Shown: positions 62,658 through 64,000 of the stretch, piece after piece
Numbering within the stretch: position 1 is the first letter of the stretch
Layout: every line of letters begins with the position of its first letter
Assembly: GCA_945862005.1 (NCBI GenBank)
Contig: CAMAWQ010000001.1
Span: 3,160 to 67,159, forward strand
Direction of reading: 5' to 3'
From: Hylemonella gracilis
GTDB taxonomy: Bacteria > Pseudomonadota > Gammaproteobacteria > Burkholderiales > Burkholderiaceae_C
DNA length: 64,000 nucleotides
Translations under genes and position numbers: made by a program
Notes under the pieces: generated by a model
Databases searched by the model: none
The model's input: only the letters and a program-made list of their open reading frames with translations
What the model was told of the DNA's origin: nothing

Positions 62658-64000
62658 ACCACGCCCCCGAACCCATCATCGCCCTGGCCACCGCGCCAGG
62701 GAGAGGAGCGGTGGGCGTGTTGCGTATCAGCGGACGGGACTTGGGGCCTTGGGCTCAAGCCTTGTGCGGGCAAGCCCTCACGCCCCGCCACGCACACTAC
62801 GTGGCCATTAAAGACACGGCCGGAGGCGTCATTGACCGAGTGTTGGCCCTGTATTTCAAGGGCCCGCACTCCTTTACCGGCGAAGACGTGCTGGAGTTGC
62901 AAGCCCATGGCGGGCCCGTGGTGTTGCAGATGCTGCTTGCCAGATGCTTGGAACATGCCTTACTGAGCGCAGAACATGCGGCCAAACCCCGTCTGCCCGG
63001 CTTGCGCTTAGCCCAACCCGGCGAATTTAGCCGCCGCGCATTTTTAAATGGCAAGCTCGATTTGGCGCAAGCCGAGGCTATTGCAGACCTGATAGACGCC
63101 AGCACTGAGGCCGCTGCCCGAAGCGCCAGCAGGTCGCTCTCGGGTGAGTTTTCTGCGCACATTCATCACCTGACCGATGGCTTGACGCATTTGCGGATGT
63201 TGGTGGAGGCTACCCTAGACTTTCCTGAAGAAGAGTTGGATTTCTTGCAGCAATCGGACGCAGCAGGGCAGATACAAAAGCTCCAAACCCTGTTGCAAGG
63301 AGTGATGCTTAAGGCCCAGCAAGGCGCACTACTTAGAGAAGGGTTGCGCGTCGTGATTGCGGGCCAGCCCAATGTGGGCAAAAGTTCATTGCTCAACGCC
63401 TTGGCCGGAAAAGAGCTGGCCATCGTCACGCCCGTTGCGGGAACCACCCGCGACAAGCTGCAACAAGAGCTTCAAATAGAAGGTGTGCCCATTCATGTGA
63501 CGGATACCGCAGGCTTGCGTGAGAGCGACGATGTGGTGGAGCGCATGGGGATAGAGCGCGCGTGGTCCGCGGTGGAGGAGGCCGACGCCGTTTTATTTAT
63601 AAGAGATTTAAGCCGCCGCAAAGAGCCGGCCTACCAGCAAGCAGACGAGGCCCTAAGACTTGATTTAGACCGCCGCTTGGGGCAGCGGGTGCCGCGTTTG
63701 GATGTATGGAACAAGCAGGATGTAATGGACACGCTTGGCACTCCCGCAACCCAAAACTTAGCTTTCAGCCTTATCCCAAATACAAACTCAGAACCACACA
63801 ACGCAGTGCCTGAACTTTGGATTTCGGCGCAGCACGGCACGGGTTTGGAGGCCTTACGCCAGCAATTGCTGCAGCTGGCTGGTTGGCAAGGGGGCGCACA
63901 AGATGGCTTATTCATCGCGCGGGCTAGGCATGTACGCGCCTTGCAGGAGGCGCACCAGCATTTGAACGCCGCAGCAGATCGGCTCCAGCTCCAAGCCACC
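62624..64000 (+). CDS. mnmE: tRNA modification GTPase MnmE (TrmE), 3' end outside the window and not in the ORF track
   Basis: Translated by hand: [63 protein letters not shown] and NKQD. Confidence 0.93.
   Translation, partial: MDHQPAAGGQLNHAPEPIIALATAPGRGAVGVLRISGRDLGPWAQALCGQALTPRHAHYVAIKDTAGGVIDRVLALYFKGPHSFTGEDVLELQAHGGPVVLQMLLARCLEHALLSAEHAAKPRLPGLRLAQPGEFSRRAFLNGKLDLAQAEAIADLIDASTEAAARSASRSLSGEFSAHIHHLTDGLTHLRMLVEATLDFPEEELDFLQQSDAAGQIQKLQTLLQGVMLKAQQGALLREGLRVVIAGQPNVGKSSLLNALAGKELAIVTPVAGTTRDKLQQELQIEGVPIHVTDTAGLRESDDVVERMGIERAWSAVEEADAVLFIRDLSRRKEPAYQQADEALRLDLDRRLGQRVPRLDVWNKQDVMDTLGTPATQNLAFSLIPNTNSEPHNAVPELWISAQHGTGLEALRQQLLQLAGWQGGAQDGLFIARARHVRALQEAHQHLNAAADRLQLQAT

Overview
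This is the origin-proximal chromosomal region of a GC-rich betaproteobacterium. Gene order and protein sequences suggest Comamonadaceae (inference). The right half holds the replication and partition core: mnmE, yidC, yidD, rnpA, rpmH, dnaA, oriC, dnaN, gyrB, then mnmG, rsmG, parA and parB, with three identical parS palindromes inside coding sequence. A ~12.5 kb divalent-metal module sits between mnmG and gyrB: an OprB-type porin, an atypical CorA, a CDF transporter, an OmpR-family two-component pair, a CzcCBA-like RND pump and a pirin. The CorA is the most unusual gene. It carries an N-terminal domain resembling the MgtE cytosolic N-domain and has GMS in place of the canonical GMN signature. 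The left half holds lplT, glcEF, a sigma54/NtrC-controlled TorF-porin/glnK/amtB locus, LexA-boxed comM, a split methionine synthase with an SAH riboswitch, uup, recQ, pckG and two small orphan ORFs. It also holds a ~9.7 kb regulator-less catabolic cluster with four Bug/TctC receptors, one interrupted by an in-frame TAG. I saw no rRNA, tRNA, CRISPR array, transposase or integrase. All family calls come from reading motifs by eye; no database search was run.
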